Notes: a model not told the origin generated them from the letters alone. A DNA stretch of 61,988 nucleotides, filler included, from Dugesia japonica (GCA_001938525.1; 6 parts of 6 records of this genome joined end to end with filler, not necessarily neighbours in it), one strand, 5' to 3'. Positions 1 through 13,406 are shown, counted from the first letter of the whole stretch. Numbers and translations are program-made.

Positions 1-267
1 AGAGCAGTCATCAAAACGGAGTGTGAAATAAATTGAAAGTGAAAATAATTGAAAAAATCGGATATTAACACAGTATTGCAAAAAAATGCAATCGAAGAAC
101 AATTTCAATAACATCAATAGATAACTAAAAGAGCTTGAAGAAATGCTTAAATATTAAAAATAGAATAATTAAGAACAATAATTAAAAAAGAATAAAAAAC
201 AATTAATAAACAAAACTATATAAGGTATCCGGAAAGAGAAGTTACAATTACGATTGAATATTGGATT

Positions 268-280
268 ATTATTAAGTTAA

Positions 281-347
<67 letters not shown>

Positions 348-397
348 NNNNNNNNNNNNNNNNNNNNNNNNNNNNNNNNNNNNNNNNNNNNNNNNNN

Positions 398-458
<61 letters not shown>
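268..458. repeat. (TTA)n microsatellite spanning an N-gap; similar arrays at ~5256-5452, 17305-17371, 19096-19246 and 20512-20577
   Basis: Directly visible trinucleotide arrays. They account for the poly-N/I/L/Y ORFs in the ORF track. Confidence 0.95.
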
Positions 459-459
<1 letters not shown>

Positions 460-674
460 CATCATAATAATTAGGTGTTATCACTACATGTACCAACTTT
501 ATGTTTATGAATATTATATCAATTATTTTATCTTTTACAATTTTCTGCTGTTTAGGTACTTGTATAAAATGATAGTTTTAAAGTTTAAAAAAGGCTAATG
601 AGAAAATTGAACCTGAAGAAATCGATTGAGTCAAAGTTGAATTAACCTGAAAAAAGTGATAAAAATGAATGTGA

Positions 675-1500
675 GTAAGTGGATAGTAGCGCACTAGATC
701 TTATTTCCCTTACCAATGAAATGATCTAAAAATTTTACATTTTTTATTACATATTTATAAAATTTTTAAAATATTAAATCTTTAATAACTTTTTACCATA
801 GTCCGACTAAAATTTCAAAAATACCAGTATGTTTGTCATCTCCTTACGCATTCAGCAATATCAAGATTCTTTATATAACTTTTTTCTTATAACATATTGA
901 CCTATTTAACTGTTATGTACCTTTGATAAAGTTCACGAAACAGTTTTATTTTACTTTTTAATTATCTATCTATATGTAAAGACCAAATTTCTATATAACT
1001 TCATCGGCTGGAGAAAGGTACTATATGAAGAAAACATATTTTCGTTTAAACAATGTATATACAGTTTTTAAGACTAATTATCAATGGTACTAAAAGGTTT
1101 GAAGATTTTTAAAATTTTTTTACTATTTAGTTATAATTAAAATTATCATTAATTGGTTCAGTGCACTACACTCCTTCCAGCGAGACCAAATAATTTTACG
1201 ACAAGTGTTTTAGTAATGTATAGACAGCGTTTAATTCCGTTACTCTTGACTGAATACATAACTGCACCATAAGGTTTACCAAGTCATTCTCAGTCGAATC
1301 GTATCATTACCAAAGCTGTACAATAAAGTCCGACCAAGAAAAATCTATATCAAAATTTGAATCTTTGAAGAGAGTTTATCACCGATCGAATTTCAAACCG
1401 AAAAAAAATTTTGCGTATGTGTCAAACGAACAAAATGCAAATTTTCTAGATCGCTTCATCGGTGAAAGGGGAGCTGATCCAGTGCTCTACTATCACCTCC
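675..1500. mobile_element. Degenerate TIR element of the GTAGGTAGATAGTAGCGCACT-terminus family
   Basis: Left end gtaagtggatagtagcgcactagatc resembles the reverse complement of the right end, ggaggtgatagtagagcactggatc. The same terminus occurs at 6353 and ~31596. Confidence 0.45.
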
Positions 1501-1874
1501 ATATTAACGAGATTGAAAATGGTAGATAACGACGAACCTATGCGAGTATCGTAAAAGTTTTAAGTACTAGTAACAACACTTAACTGTCTCAAAGTAGCAC
1601 TGTTTAAAGCTAACAAAAAGCAAACCTCAGTCAAATGAAACGGACAAGCAAACAACCTGCTTTAAAAGCAAACTTACAAAGCAAATAACTAATTATTAAT
1701 TTCAATTATTAATAATTGTTACTTGTCAAACAACCACCTGAAATATATTTTTATTTTTAAACCATTTTACAGCTTCTTACGTAACGTCTCCATAGATTAG
1801 ATAACAGACAAAATACTTTCAAAGATTAAAAGTAGAAACCTAGGAAAATGAATTTTTAAGAAGTAAAATGCTGT

Positions 1875-2900
1875 TTAATATTTAAAATGTGTGAAATAAA
1901 CAACCGCCAAAAGTTCTTTCCTGGTAATGCAATAGCTCAATTCGTGTTTACTCATGGTTTTATATCCGTAACTTTTTTTGCCACCTATTCTATTAAAACT
2001 GGCTTCAGTATCAAATATAAATTCTTCAGAAAAATTTAGAAATTCTAAAACTGGAGCTTTCATAAGGTTAGTTTTCAAATTTCTAAAGGAATTTTCGCAT
2101 AAAATTTTTGGCTACTGTTGGATTTTCTAAATATTTGAATAATTTGTAGTCCTTTAAAAATTTCCTTTGAAAATTATAATAATTAGCGAGGCCTAAAAAA
2201 TTCTCAACTTTTTAACCCATTTTGGGGTTTCAAAATGAAATATTACTTCAATTTTTTCGTTATCAGTATGAATTCCTTTGGAATTATTAATATGATCCAG
2301 AAAGTTGATCTCGTTTTTCATGAAATGCCTTACTTTTAAACCAGCTTTTTTGTATGATATCAATTTTATGACAATGGTCTTTATTAGTTTCTGAAAAAAT
2401 TAAAATATCATCGAGGTAAACTATCGCTTCCATCAAATTTAGGGAAACTAAAACCTTATTCATTAATTTCTGAAAAGTAACAAGAACATTTTATTAAAAT
2501 TATATTTTGCTTTTAATATGTTGAAAAAGAAGTTTAACACTTGGAATCAACTTTAATTCTACTTGATAGTAAACATTACCTAAATCTATACTAGTAAAAT
2601 ATTTAGCTCAAAATAAAATGTCCCTCGTTTCTTCTGTTTTGGAATAGAAAAACTTGATTTTTCTGTAATTTCATGTAACTTATGAATAGTCTTATTTCCC
2701 GATTGCCTCGCTTATTTACGCAAACCAGAAGAGCATTTCAAAAGGAGTCACATTCACTTATAATTCCATTTCTTTAATATTTTGCTGAATCTTATCTATT
2801 AAATGATAAGGCAGGCGCCCAGAATTAATTGAAATTGGTTTTTTATTTGGGATTAAGCCTTGACAAATGTTCTTTGAACAGAACCTTGAATTATTATTAG
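1875..2900 (-). mobile_element. Ty3/gypsy pol relic (RT-RNase H)
   Basis: Minus strand gives AIVYLDDI (~2404-2428) and KAPVLEFLNFSEEFIFDTEASFNRIG...YCITRKELLAVVYF, with many stops and frameshifts. Confidence 0.9.
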
Positions 2901-5254
2901 TTCATTGAATCTTGTCATTTCCGCTAACAATCCTTTTACAACGTTTCTAATATTGAATGTTTTCGAAGTGCGAACAAGCAAATTAAGTATATGTCCTAGG
3001 GTAGCTGTTATGTTATGTTTAACAACCTTAATATCTATTAACGAAAGTCTAGAAAAGGAGGAATAAATATATATATAATTATGATTTGAGCAATCAACAT
3101 TTCTAGAATTAGCAAACGAAAACCAACTGAGTATATAACATACTAAACATTTGAACTCGCAGTCAAATATTAATTATGCAACAAACAATTATAATAATTA
3201 TAATAATATTAGAAACAATTAATTCAATCGAATTTTAAAAAATACGTTGTTTAAATATTCGGTTTAATTTTTCAGTTTTTAAATTTTGGTTGACATTGTG
3301 TCGTAAATCAAAATTTTATTTAAATTAAAGAGAACATTTATTCGTCATTAGATTATCATTCAATTCATTCTTAAATTTAGAATGTCAGTTTTAGGAACGA
3401 TTTAGTGTTACACAATTATCGTGAATATCAATACATTTTTTCTATCTGAAGATATATGCTCAACATCTTACATAGATGTTTCTAAAACTGAATACTCTTT
3501 GAATAAAAAGAAAATTAAGTGACTTAATTATTAAATATAATTCAATAAGCAACAGTTGGTTATTGAAAAGACTTTTGTTCAAATATTTAACAAATCAATC
3601 GTGCTAATAAAAAATATACCAATTTATAAATAAATTAGAAAAGTAAAATATTTGCAGAAAATAATAATTAAATATGAGCACGATAATAAAAAGAAAAGTT
3701 CTAGAGATTTCGACTTTTCTAAATATTCCAATTAAAGTAAATAAATATTCTGTCATTGTAAAAAATAAGTAACAAAATTATGAAGTTACATAATCTTTAT
3801 TTTTAAATAGAATATTTTTGGAAAATAACAAGTGCACATCTTGAACAGTATATTTAGACAATATATATGTGTGTATATTTATACTATATATGTTTAGACA
3901 AGTTATTTGATCCTGAACGTTTATAACGTAAATATGAATTTTAAAAATGACATGAAATTTTTTTTAAAGAAAATATATTTTGAAATCAATATTGCAATAC
4001 ATCAAATTTTTGAAAAGTTATCAATAATTAATGAGTTTAATAAAAATTCTGAAACTCCATTTCAATATATATTTTTTTACTATATGTTTCGAATATGACA
4101 GAATATCTGTAATCTTCAGATACAATATTTAATCCTTTCTGAAAAGTGCTTATATATTAAAAGTGTTGATTATGGAATCGGAAGCCTTGTCTAGTTGGTA
4201 GTGGAAGTAATATTGCTGAACATAATATTAATTGTAAATCAGTTATCAGTATAAATAATTTTAAATTTTTTTGCAAAAACTTTAAAGATTATTGGGCGAG
4301 AGTTCTGTGCAAATCATTGATAATTAGATCAATTGATCCAAAAATTTATGTTTAAACTGATCTTTCTAAATGTTTATTGAATGTTTTTAATTAGTTTGAT
4401 TCATTGGTGAGATTGCACAATTGATTAAATGTTGTATCTGTAAATGATAGATATTCTGTTAAAACATATGTTTCAGAGATTTTATTAAAAAATTACCATT
4501 TTTCTTTAATTATTCTAATAAGTTTATTGATTGTTTCTTTGAAACTACATTTTCTAAGCTTATAGCATAAATAAATTAGAATCCACGTAATTTTTTCATA
4601 TATTTTTTAAAAATTAAATTGATATACAATTTTAGACTTTCAAATTATATTTATATAACTGCAAAACTGTTTTACACGAGTAACTAATGTTTTTTGGAGT
4701 TTAATAAAATTTTAAAAATGTAAAAATACCTCCAGGGTCATCTCACAAGAAAAATAGAAATACTTTTTTAAAAAAAGAATTTGTTTTTTGTTTATATTTT
4801 GTACGAATCGCGTAATAAATCAAAACCCAAAAAAATACAAATATTGTTAGGAAATAAATAAAATAAATAAATGGAAGCAAAATTTTCATGCATACTAGCT
4901 ATCATAACTGCTATTTGATTTTTGAAAATTTCAGTAGCAAATGAAATAAACCAAATGAAAAATAAAACCTTCTTAATTTATATAAATATTGAAAAATTAA
5001 ATTAAATATCTGTTACAACGTTATTTTCTTTGTATAATATATTCAATTATGAAGTTAGTTAATCAATAATACGAATTGAATTGATTTTTTAAATAATAAA
5101 TTTTATTTCCAAAAATAATCAATAACGTTTCTGCGTAAAGTTTAAACAGAGAACAGAAAGTGTTGATATTTTATCCATAGTTTTAACATTCAAATAATCA
5201 TAGTTCATCAATCAGTAAGTATCATTCAATTATCAATTTATTTGAAATAGTTTC

Positions 5255-5323
<69 letters not shown>

Positions 5324-5532
5324 NNNNNNNNNNNNNNNNNNNNNNNNNNNNNNNNNNNNNNNNNNNNNNNNNNNNNNNNNNNNNNNNNNNNNNNNNNNNN
5401 NNNNNNNNNNNNNNNNNNNNNNNNNNNNAATAATAATAATAATAATAATAATATCAGAATAATATTTTCATGCTTCTTATATCCGATCCATCAGTAAACA
5501 TGCATCTAGAGGATAAATAGAGAAAAGCCTAC

Positions 5533-5636
5533 CAAAAATGAACATATCATATAGAATGAAATGAAATAAGGGTATGCAACCCATGATCCGCAAAGTCCAT
5601 GCTCATTTGTGCCTGGTTCGCAATGTGACTTTTCAT
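5533..5636 (-). CDS. Cav1: L-type voltage-gated calcium channel alpha-1 (Cav1), exon covering the repeat IV pore-S6 linker and start of IVS6
   Basis: AG/GT-bounded 104-nt exon, (D)EKSHCEPGTNEHGLCGSWVAYPYFISFYMICSFL. Its phase matches the preceding exon 7247-7299. Downstream exons were not found in the window. Confidence 0.92.
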
Positions 5637-6351
5637 CTATAGGAAGTAATAATAATTAAAACAAATATTTTGATAATTTATCTTTGGAGAAAATATTTTC
5701 ATAAATATTTACACTACATTTCAAGCTTTTGAATTTTCGATCACTTTCAAAACAATTCATCATTTCGATGTTTATTAATTAGAAAAAGATATTAAATTAA
5801 AAATATATCTAATGTGCATAAATTCAGCGGATTTATCAAAAATAAATTTGAAAATCTGATCTATTAAATTATTAGAAAATCATAGAAATTATAAATAATT
5901 CAATATTTAATTAATTAATAGTTTGAACCTATTTTCTAGGGAAAAATTTTATTATAAAACTGCGGCAGCAAGAAATTCAAAATCTTAATCATTTTATAGA
6001 AAATATGAATGAAAAAAACATTTTAAAATTATTTTCTTATCCGAAATTCTAATTTATTATCGTAAATTACTTAATTCCTTAACCGTTTAATTTTTTTTGA
6101 AAAAAAATACTTTTGCCAACTAATTCCAGTTCACTATTAGTATACCATTTATCCTAATTTAAGGGTAATTTCTCAGCATACAAATGCGAATGCAATTGTA
6201 TTCCTTGTTATAACTATACTCTACATTATTTGAGGAATAACTGTTTCATTATGACAACTATAATCGGCATAAACATTATTATTACAAAAGTGCATCAAAT
6301 ACACATTTTAATCAAACAATATTTTCAAAATTAAAAATGAAAACTATTTTT

Positions 6352-7203
6352 AGTAGGTAGATAGTACCACATCGAGCCCACTCCAGACAGGGAAAATCTT
6401 TATCCGGCCGATTTTTGGTTGCATCCTTCTCATTATTTGATTGATAGATACTGAACCATTTGCGTTTTTTCATGTAATTTGATTGGTTGATACTGAACTA
6501 GTTTTCAAAATATTTTCACCTACTCGGGGAGGTGATTCAGCGCTGAGGTATCTACATACTAAATTGAACTTATCTTAATAGAAAGAAGGATGCGTTTTTT
6601 CGATAGTAGTCATTTAGTAGACAGTTTTTAATTCTTATTACAATGGTTCCAAAACTTTCTAAGTATCATTATTATTTCTATAATTACGACTATAAATATT
6701 ATTTCATTAAATTAAAAGCTTCCATCAAAATGTAGTTTTTTTAGATTTTATTTCTTGATTGTATGTCGAAATTTCGACTTTGTTCTCATCATCTTCAAAA
6801 TACTATAAAGAAATAAAAAAAATANAATAGAAAAAAGAAAAACAATATTTTGATCGTAACTTTTAATTTAATGAAATCTCAAATACGATCGATAGTTAAG
6901 TCTAAGAATTATTCTCGCAATACTTGTAATTGAAAAACTATAACTGTTATCGTTATAAATGTTCCGATGAGTACGTATTTTTATATAGAGAACGAAGCAT
7001 TTGTCGATAATAGTCCTTTAGACAATATATAGACAGTTTTTAATTCTTAGTTCAATTTTACCAAAAAATCCAATAATTCAAAAATTCGAAAATTCAAAAA
7101 ATTTTAAAAAAATACAAAACTTTTCAAAAAAAAAGTTGGCCATTAAAATTTTTTCCCTATTGTTGAGGGGGGAGATAGCTCGATGCGGTACTATCTACCT
7201 ACT
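6352..7203. mobile_element. Non-autonomous DNA transposon (~850 bp) with 26-bp TIRs, in a Cav1 intron
   Basis: agtaggtagatagtaccacatcgagc versus the reverse complement of the right end, agtaggtagatagtaccgcatcgagc (25/26). There is also an internal ~70-bp degenerate direct repeat. Confidence 0.8.
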
Positions 7204-7246
7204 TTTTATATTTAAATATAGTTTAAAAAACAAATGAAAATCTCAC

Positions 7247-8202
7247 CTGTTCCTGTACAACTGAGCATTATTTCTTGCCACGATTCACCGGTGGCAGATC
7301 TAATAAATATTTATTAATTTATCAAATATTTTGTTGAATTTAAACCTGAAAAGTACAAGAACCGCAGCGGGAAAGGTTTGAAAATTGTTATTACGGCTTA
7401 TTGCACTATCTGAGTTATTTAGAGCAATTTTACCAAACATTTGCATTCCTATTACAGCATAGATGAAGAACAGCATCACAATCAATAATGCAACATATGG
7501 CAGAGCCTAAATTACGAAATTAATTTTCAGAATAATATGCCAAAAAAATTAAAAGTGTACTTGAAAGGATTTGATAAATGTCCATAATAATTTCCGAATC
7601 GAATCCTCTTTGCTTAGAAGTTTCACTAATCGCATCACACGGAACAGTCGGAAGAAGTTGATGCTGATGAACTTTGTTTTACCTACCTGAGGAGAAGAGT
7701 TTGTCTGAATTTAATAATACAAGTAAAAAAAATCTTTTGTTTTTACATTAGCCTTTGAAATGATTATGTCAACATAGCTGCCCAGAACTACTATGAAGTC
7801 AAATATATTCCATGCATCACTAAAATAATTCTGTAAAAAACAGAGATTTTTATATAATTAAATAAAAAATTAAATGATAACCTTAAAACTGAAAGCTGAT
7901 AATTTAAGAATAAATTCCAAAGTAAATACAACAGTAAAAATAATATTTAATATATCCAATGTTTCTGTGTAAGGCTTTGGTTGTTGATCAAACTGGAAAA
8001 ATGGCATTATTATTATTATGACATCAGTTAATAAAATACTAACTCTAGCAGCCAGACAAATGGTATTGGCGAGAATTAGTGACAAAATAACATATTCGAA
8101 TTTTTTTGAGCACACCATTGACCAGATTTTATATCTCAAATGACCTTGAGGAGTATAGCGCTTTCTAGGGCGGGCTTTCAGTGCAAATTCTATACATTTT
8201 CT
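7247..8202 (-). CDS. Cav1: Cav1 alpha-1, six exons (III-IV linker to the repeat IV pore)
   Basis: Exons 8202-8044, 7992-7882, 7830-7747, 7704(or 7686)-7561, 7506-7346 and 7299-7247 are all GT-AG and in frame. They read [12 protein letters not shown]..., [19 protein letters not shown]4 [43 protein letters not shown] and the pore motif [11 protein letters not shown]. Confidence 0.97.
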
Positions 8203-8420
8203 CTGTAATACAAAAAGTTGTAAACACTATCAAAATTTTAAATATGCATTAATAATCTGAATGTTTTTATTATTTATATTATTGGTTTTCTTTCAAATAA
8301 AATTGCTACATCACATAAAATAACCGGGAAGGATAGAAGGTTTCGGAACTTTTTCCTATAAAACACTTATAAATTCATTCAAATAATAGACTTTCCACAA
8401 AGTAATTTTGCTAATCTGAC

Positions 8421-8521
8421 AAAAATGAGCATGGACTTTGCGGATCATGGGTTGCATGCCAGTATTTCATTTCATTTTATATGATATGTTCATTTTTGCA
8501 GAATTTTCTCTATTTATCCTC
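8421..8521 (+). repeat. Inverted duplicate of the Cav1 IVS6 exon plus start of the next intron (reverse complement of ~5509-5610)
   Basis: About 90% identical over ~101 nt by manual alignment. The GT donor is mutated and the copy runs into an N-gap. Confidence 0.9.
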
Positions 8522-9709
8522 NNNNNNNNNNNNNNNNNNNNNNNNNNNNNNNNNNNNNNNNNNNNNNNNNNNNNNNNNNNNNNNNNNNNNNNNNNNNNNN
8601 NNNNNNNNNNNNNNNNNNNNNNNNNNNNNNNNNNNNNNNNNNNNNNNNNNNNNNNNNNNATTATTATTGTGGTATTTGTGAAGATTTCTGTAATATTTAT
8701 GTATGTTATGGAACTTTGATTTTATTTAAAACGATTTGTTAATTAGTTAACTAAAAAAAACGATTTTGTTTGAATATGGTTTGGTAGTGGTTGTGTTTTA
8801 TTTGTAGTAGTGTTTTTAAAAGTAAATCAATTAAATTGTAAATTTAAACTGACTAATTGGTGATGTACATAAGCAACGTCACGCAAATGTTGGCAGATTC
8901 TAGTTTCTCTACCCGATCGCTCACTCGTCACATAATATCTGCAAATATGACGTCACAAAAATTCTTCATATAACATCTTAGTTATATTTCCTTATTAAAA
9001 TCATTTAGCAATTGATTTTTATCTGAGTCCAACATATCTAACATTATATCGATTTCTGCTTTAACAGAATTAGAATTTTCAATTTTAATCGAATTCTTCA
9101 ATTTCAAGTTTTTTTCCAAATAGTCTTGAATTTTTCGATTCATCGTTAATGAAGTTCTACATAATTTTTTCCTTATTCTAGATCTAAAACAATTTCATTA
9201 ATTTTTGTCAAATAATCATTCCCATAAGAATACGAATTAATATCAGGAGTTAACATTAAAATTCNGATAAAGTTTTTTTTAGCATAAATACTATAAATAA
9301 CATTTAGTTTGCTGATAATTGTCAGTATTAAATATCAGCGTTTTAGAGTGAGTCAGTGAGTAAATTAGGTGTTTAATAATATAATATATATAAAACCAGT
9401 ATAAATAAATAGCATTCTNNNNNNNNNNNNNNNNNNNNNNNNNNNNNNNNNNNNNNNNNNNNNNNNNNNNNNNNNNNNNNNNNNNNNNNNNNNNNCATTA
9501 AAAGAAAAATGAACAGTGTGTGAAAACAATTATTTATTATATAAGTGCAAAATCTACTAGATGTACATTATCTAAAAATTTACATATTATTAGGCGTATT
9601 CATTATAAAACACGAAATCGGCGATATACATGAGATGTTCGTTATCAGTGGCAAAATACAGCATATAAAATTACACCTCTTACTATTAATACGAAGAGAA
9701 TTAATTTAA

Positions 9710-11270
9710 CGCTAGTAGTGGATGGTTTTAGGGCTTTAAATTTCAAGCTAATTTGCACAACATGAAGCACAGGTGAAGCTGCTAGGGCAGATTTTACGGC
9801 AGCAAATGGGTTTAAGAAAATATTATATGCGGTTATACGGGAAGGTGGTTATGGAAGTTGGAAAATGGTTACCTTTTTAAACATGTGTTTAATGTTAATG
9901 AAACAGGTTTGTTTTGGAAACATTTTCCAACAACAACCTATATTTCAAAAACAGAATCTGTTGCATCTGGATTTAAAGTAAGCAAAGACAGTCTAACCTT
10001 ACTACTCGTTGGTAATGACAATGGTGACATCAAACTAAAGCCATAGTTAATTTATCACTCCTAGAATCCAAGAGCTCTGGAAGATGTTGACAAAAATAAC
10101 TTCCTGTGTATTGGAGATCTAAAACCTTGGGTTACTAGTTCTTTATTTGTGGATTGGATGAAAAAATGCGCCATTCCTGAGTTCAAAAACTATTGCGAAC
10201 AGAAAAATTTGACTTTTAAAATATCAATAGTGATGGATAATGCACTAGGATACCCATCATATATAGATGAGCTATTAGATAATATCAAAGTTTTATTTAT
10301 GCCTCCAAACACAACTTAATTAATTCAACCAATGGATCAAGGAGTAATCTTAAACTTTAAATCTTATTATATACGACGGACTTTTAAACAGCTATTACAA
10401 AGCTACCGATGTGGATAAAGAAACAACTATGGCACAATTTTGAAAAAAACTACAATGCATTGAAAGCAGCTACTAATATTAGTGATTCTTGGGCAGAAGT
10501 AAAATTCTCATGTATGAATGGTGTGTGTAAGAAAATATGGCCAGAATGTACAACTTTTACGTAGATTGACGATGTGCCATTATTTTGGGTATAAATAGTT
10601 CATTTAGCTCATGAAGCTCATTTCGAAGGATTCGACTTCAACGAGATTTTAAATGTACAAGAAGATATTGATGTCAGCACCGCAGATTTAATTGAAATGT
10701 CTCAAAATATTTACGTCTATGATGACACAACTCTAGAAGTACCAGAAGTGAAAAAATTAATAATAAAGCGTATAGGTAAAGCAATTAATTTAATATCTGA
10801 AGCATAAGAAATATTTCATGCTGAAGATCCAGATTCTAATCAAAGTACAAAAGTTGCACAAACTGTAGAGACCTCTATAAGCTGTTACAAAATTTTATTT
10901 GGCTAAAGAACAGAAAGCTATTCAAATGAAACTTCATAATTTTATTGAAAAGCAGCCCAAAGAGAAGCAAAACCTAAATCCGATTGAAACGTACAAATTA
11001 GACTCTGAATAAATTCTATAAATTTATGTTGTTCATTATAAATTATATTTTATGAAATATTATTTATTTATTATAAAATTTTATTCAAGGTAAAGTTGGT
11101 TTAAAAAAACTTATTAAATAATGACAATATATTTGTGCTTATTTTTCATTTAAACATAATCGCTAGATTTTATCGGAACCAATTATATAAAAATAGATAC
11201 AAATGTATATAAAATTACAGCGTCGTGTTTCTTGGGAACCTATTAGCGACTCAACTCTAAGCTCTGGTGT
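9710..11270 (+). mobile_element. Tigger/pogo DDE_1 transposase relic in a Cav1 intron
   Basis: VFNVNETGLFWK...SGFKVSKDSLTLLLVGN.NGDIKLKP, MDNALGYP, FMPPNTT*LIQPMDQGVILNFKSYY, with stops and frameshifts. Ends are approximate. Confidence 0.9.
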
Positions 11271-11535
11271 ATTTATGTTCCAATACTATCGGTATTGATC
11301 TTTTCTACTAATTATATTCAGAGACGATGTGTATTTATTATGAGAGAGGATAAATATTAGAAATTATATCAAGAGTCAAGTTTTGTCCAATTGAAATATT
11401 ATTTTATTCAATAATTACCTTCACTGATTGGATTTCTATTTGTGCTGTTATCATTGGTCTGTAGCGTGGGTATAAATTGGCAGTTAAAAACAAAAAAAGG
11501 AAGTTTTACAAAACACTTCTATTCAACTTGATCTA

Positions 11536-12290
11536 CAGTAGCGCCAATAATAGATCTGTGAATGAGATTTTTTGTGATATTTTATCATAGAAATGAGATT
11601 TCTTCTTGAAATTTTTCATATTTATATATTTTTCAACAGATTTATCCTTCAGTAGAATAGAAAAACAATTAAAAATACATCAATAAATTCAATATAATTA
11701 ATTTTGAAAATAAAACATTTCAATTGCATTTCTAACCAAACAACTTCAAATATATTTGTAATAAAGTATAGTCAAATATATTCAAGCTTACGACGTCCAT
11801 ACTTGATTCCAAAGCCTTTCGATTTAATTATTGGTATGCACCAGTAATTTGATAAGTCATTCTATTGGAATATATTTGCATTCGACGCTGTTTTGGTCTG
11901 AGCTTTGATTTGGGCAATTTTTTTAGTCTTTCTTGAGAAAAAAGATCTTATTATGAATGAATATATGTATTGGATAGAAATCCAATTGGAAAAATCAACT
12001 TTTCCGCATTTTTAACTTCAAATGAGGAAAAATTTGTTCATTTAAAATATTTCCATTTTAAAATAATTTATTGTTTTATAACAAATATATTTGAGGTTGT
12101 TTGGTTTAAAATTTAATTTAAAGATTTTCTTATAATTGACTATATTGAATTTTGTATTATTTAGTTTCAACTGAGTTTATATTCCATTAAAAAGTAGATA
12201 TGCTGAAATTAAATAGTCAAAATTTCCAAATTATCTTATTTCTATAGATATCATAAAATATCATCTGCCTATTTATTATGAGTGCTACTG
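11536..12290. mobile_element. Tc1/mariner-type non-autonomous element with long degenerate TIRs and TA TSD
   Basis: TA|CAGTAGC...GCTACTG|TA termini. 11536-11765 is a diverged inverted copy of ~12070-12290 (for example aaccaaacaacttcaaatatatttg). Confidence 0.75.
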
Positions 12291-12412
12291 TAAATTAGAA
12301 AATATGCGTGTATATATACATTAATTAAACTGATTTGTTTTCTTTAGGTAGTGCATTGTATTATGGTTAACTTGATAAATCGCTGAACAAATCAAAATAA
12401 ATCCCTACATAC

Positions 12413-12814
12413 CTGATTTTTACTCAGCTCACAGTTCTTGTATTCTGATTCTCCTTCCTTTTGAAAAGTAACGATGACAAAACCAACGAAGATATTAATC
12501 ATGAAGAAAGCTATAATGATGATATAGGTAACATAGAAAATAGCAACGCCTTGATTGTAATTATAAACTGGTCCAAAATCTTCTTTGTACGCATCGATTG
12601 ATTTATAGAGTAACCTAAAAATCAATTATCCATTATTTATAGCAAAATAAAATGTCAATTCAATTACCCAGGCCAACCTTCAAATGTTGCCACAACAAAT
12701 AATGTTAACATACCACTTAATACATTATCATAGTTTAGGGCATTATTTTCCCATGTTCGATTCTCAACTGTCGGAATATTTCCTCTTAGACCTTTATAAT
12801 TGATAAATTGCCCC
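12413..12814 (-). CDS. Cav1: Cav1 alpha-1, two exons (repeat III pore loop and IIIS6)
   Basis: Exon 12814-12668 reads GQFINY...[23 protein letters not shown]. Exon 12614-12413 reads LLYKSIDA...[50 protein letters not shown] is the Cav1-type rather than Cav2-type IIIS6. Confidence 0.97.
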
Positions 12815-13406
12815 CTGAAATATCTCAGAATTAATGAAATTAATTCAATANNNNNNNNNNNNNNNNNNNNNNNNNNNNNNNNNNNNNNNNNNNNNNNNNN
12901 NNNNNNNNNNNNNNNNNNNNNNNNNNNNNNNNNNNNNNNAATTTGTAATAAGTATTAATCAATAATAATTCAAATAAAAAATGTCTATATGAATTACGTG
13001 GATGAATCAGAGATGTGATAACTGAAGAAATCGATGGTTGAAAATATGGAAATAATATTAATAAAATATTATTTTATTTCACGCTTTTGATTTTTAATTT
13101 ACTTTGAAATTGAATACAATAATATTTATTTACTAATTATTAGTTATATTTTATTTTCACTTACCTCCTCTTGTTTCTTTTGAGATGAAATAAAATTTGT
13201 TTTCGAGAATGTTGTATTGGAAAGGTCTGACTGTATTCGAAACGAAAATAAATCAGTACAGTCGAAAAATTGTTTATCATATTAAATACTAATGACATGG
13301 TAAATAGAAAACTTAAATGCAATTTCTTTTTGACAACACAGTAAACGTGACTCTTTAAGTAGTATTTATTCATGAACAAATATTTAGAATAATATATATA
13401 TATATA

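Noticed and set aside
272-496. Poly-Asn/Ile/Leu/Tyr/Asp/Met ORFs, here and at 16984, 19028, 20448 and 23597
   Set aside because: Translations of (TTA)n or (GAT)n microsatellites and N-gaps.
8438-8719. Plus-strand ORFs resembling IVS6 as a mutually exclusive Cav1 exon or second channel gene
   Set aside because: Wrong strand for the host gene, donor GT destroyed, 5' part of the exon missing. Treated as an inverted duplicate.
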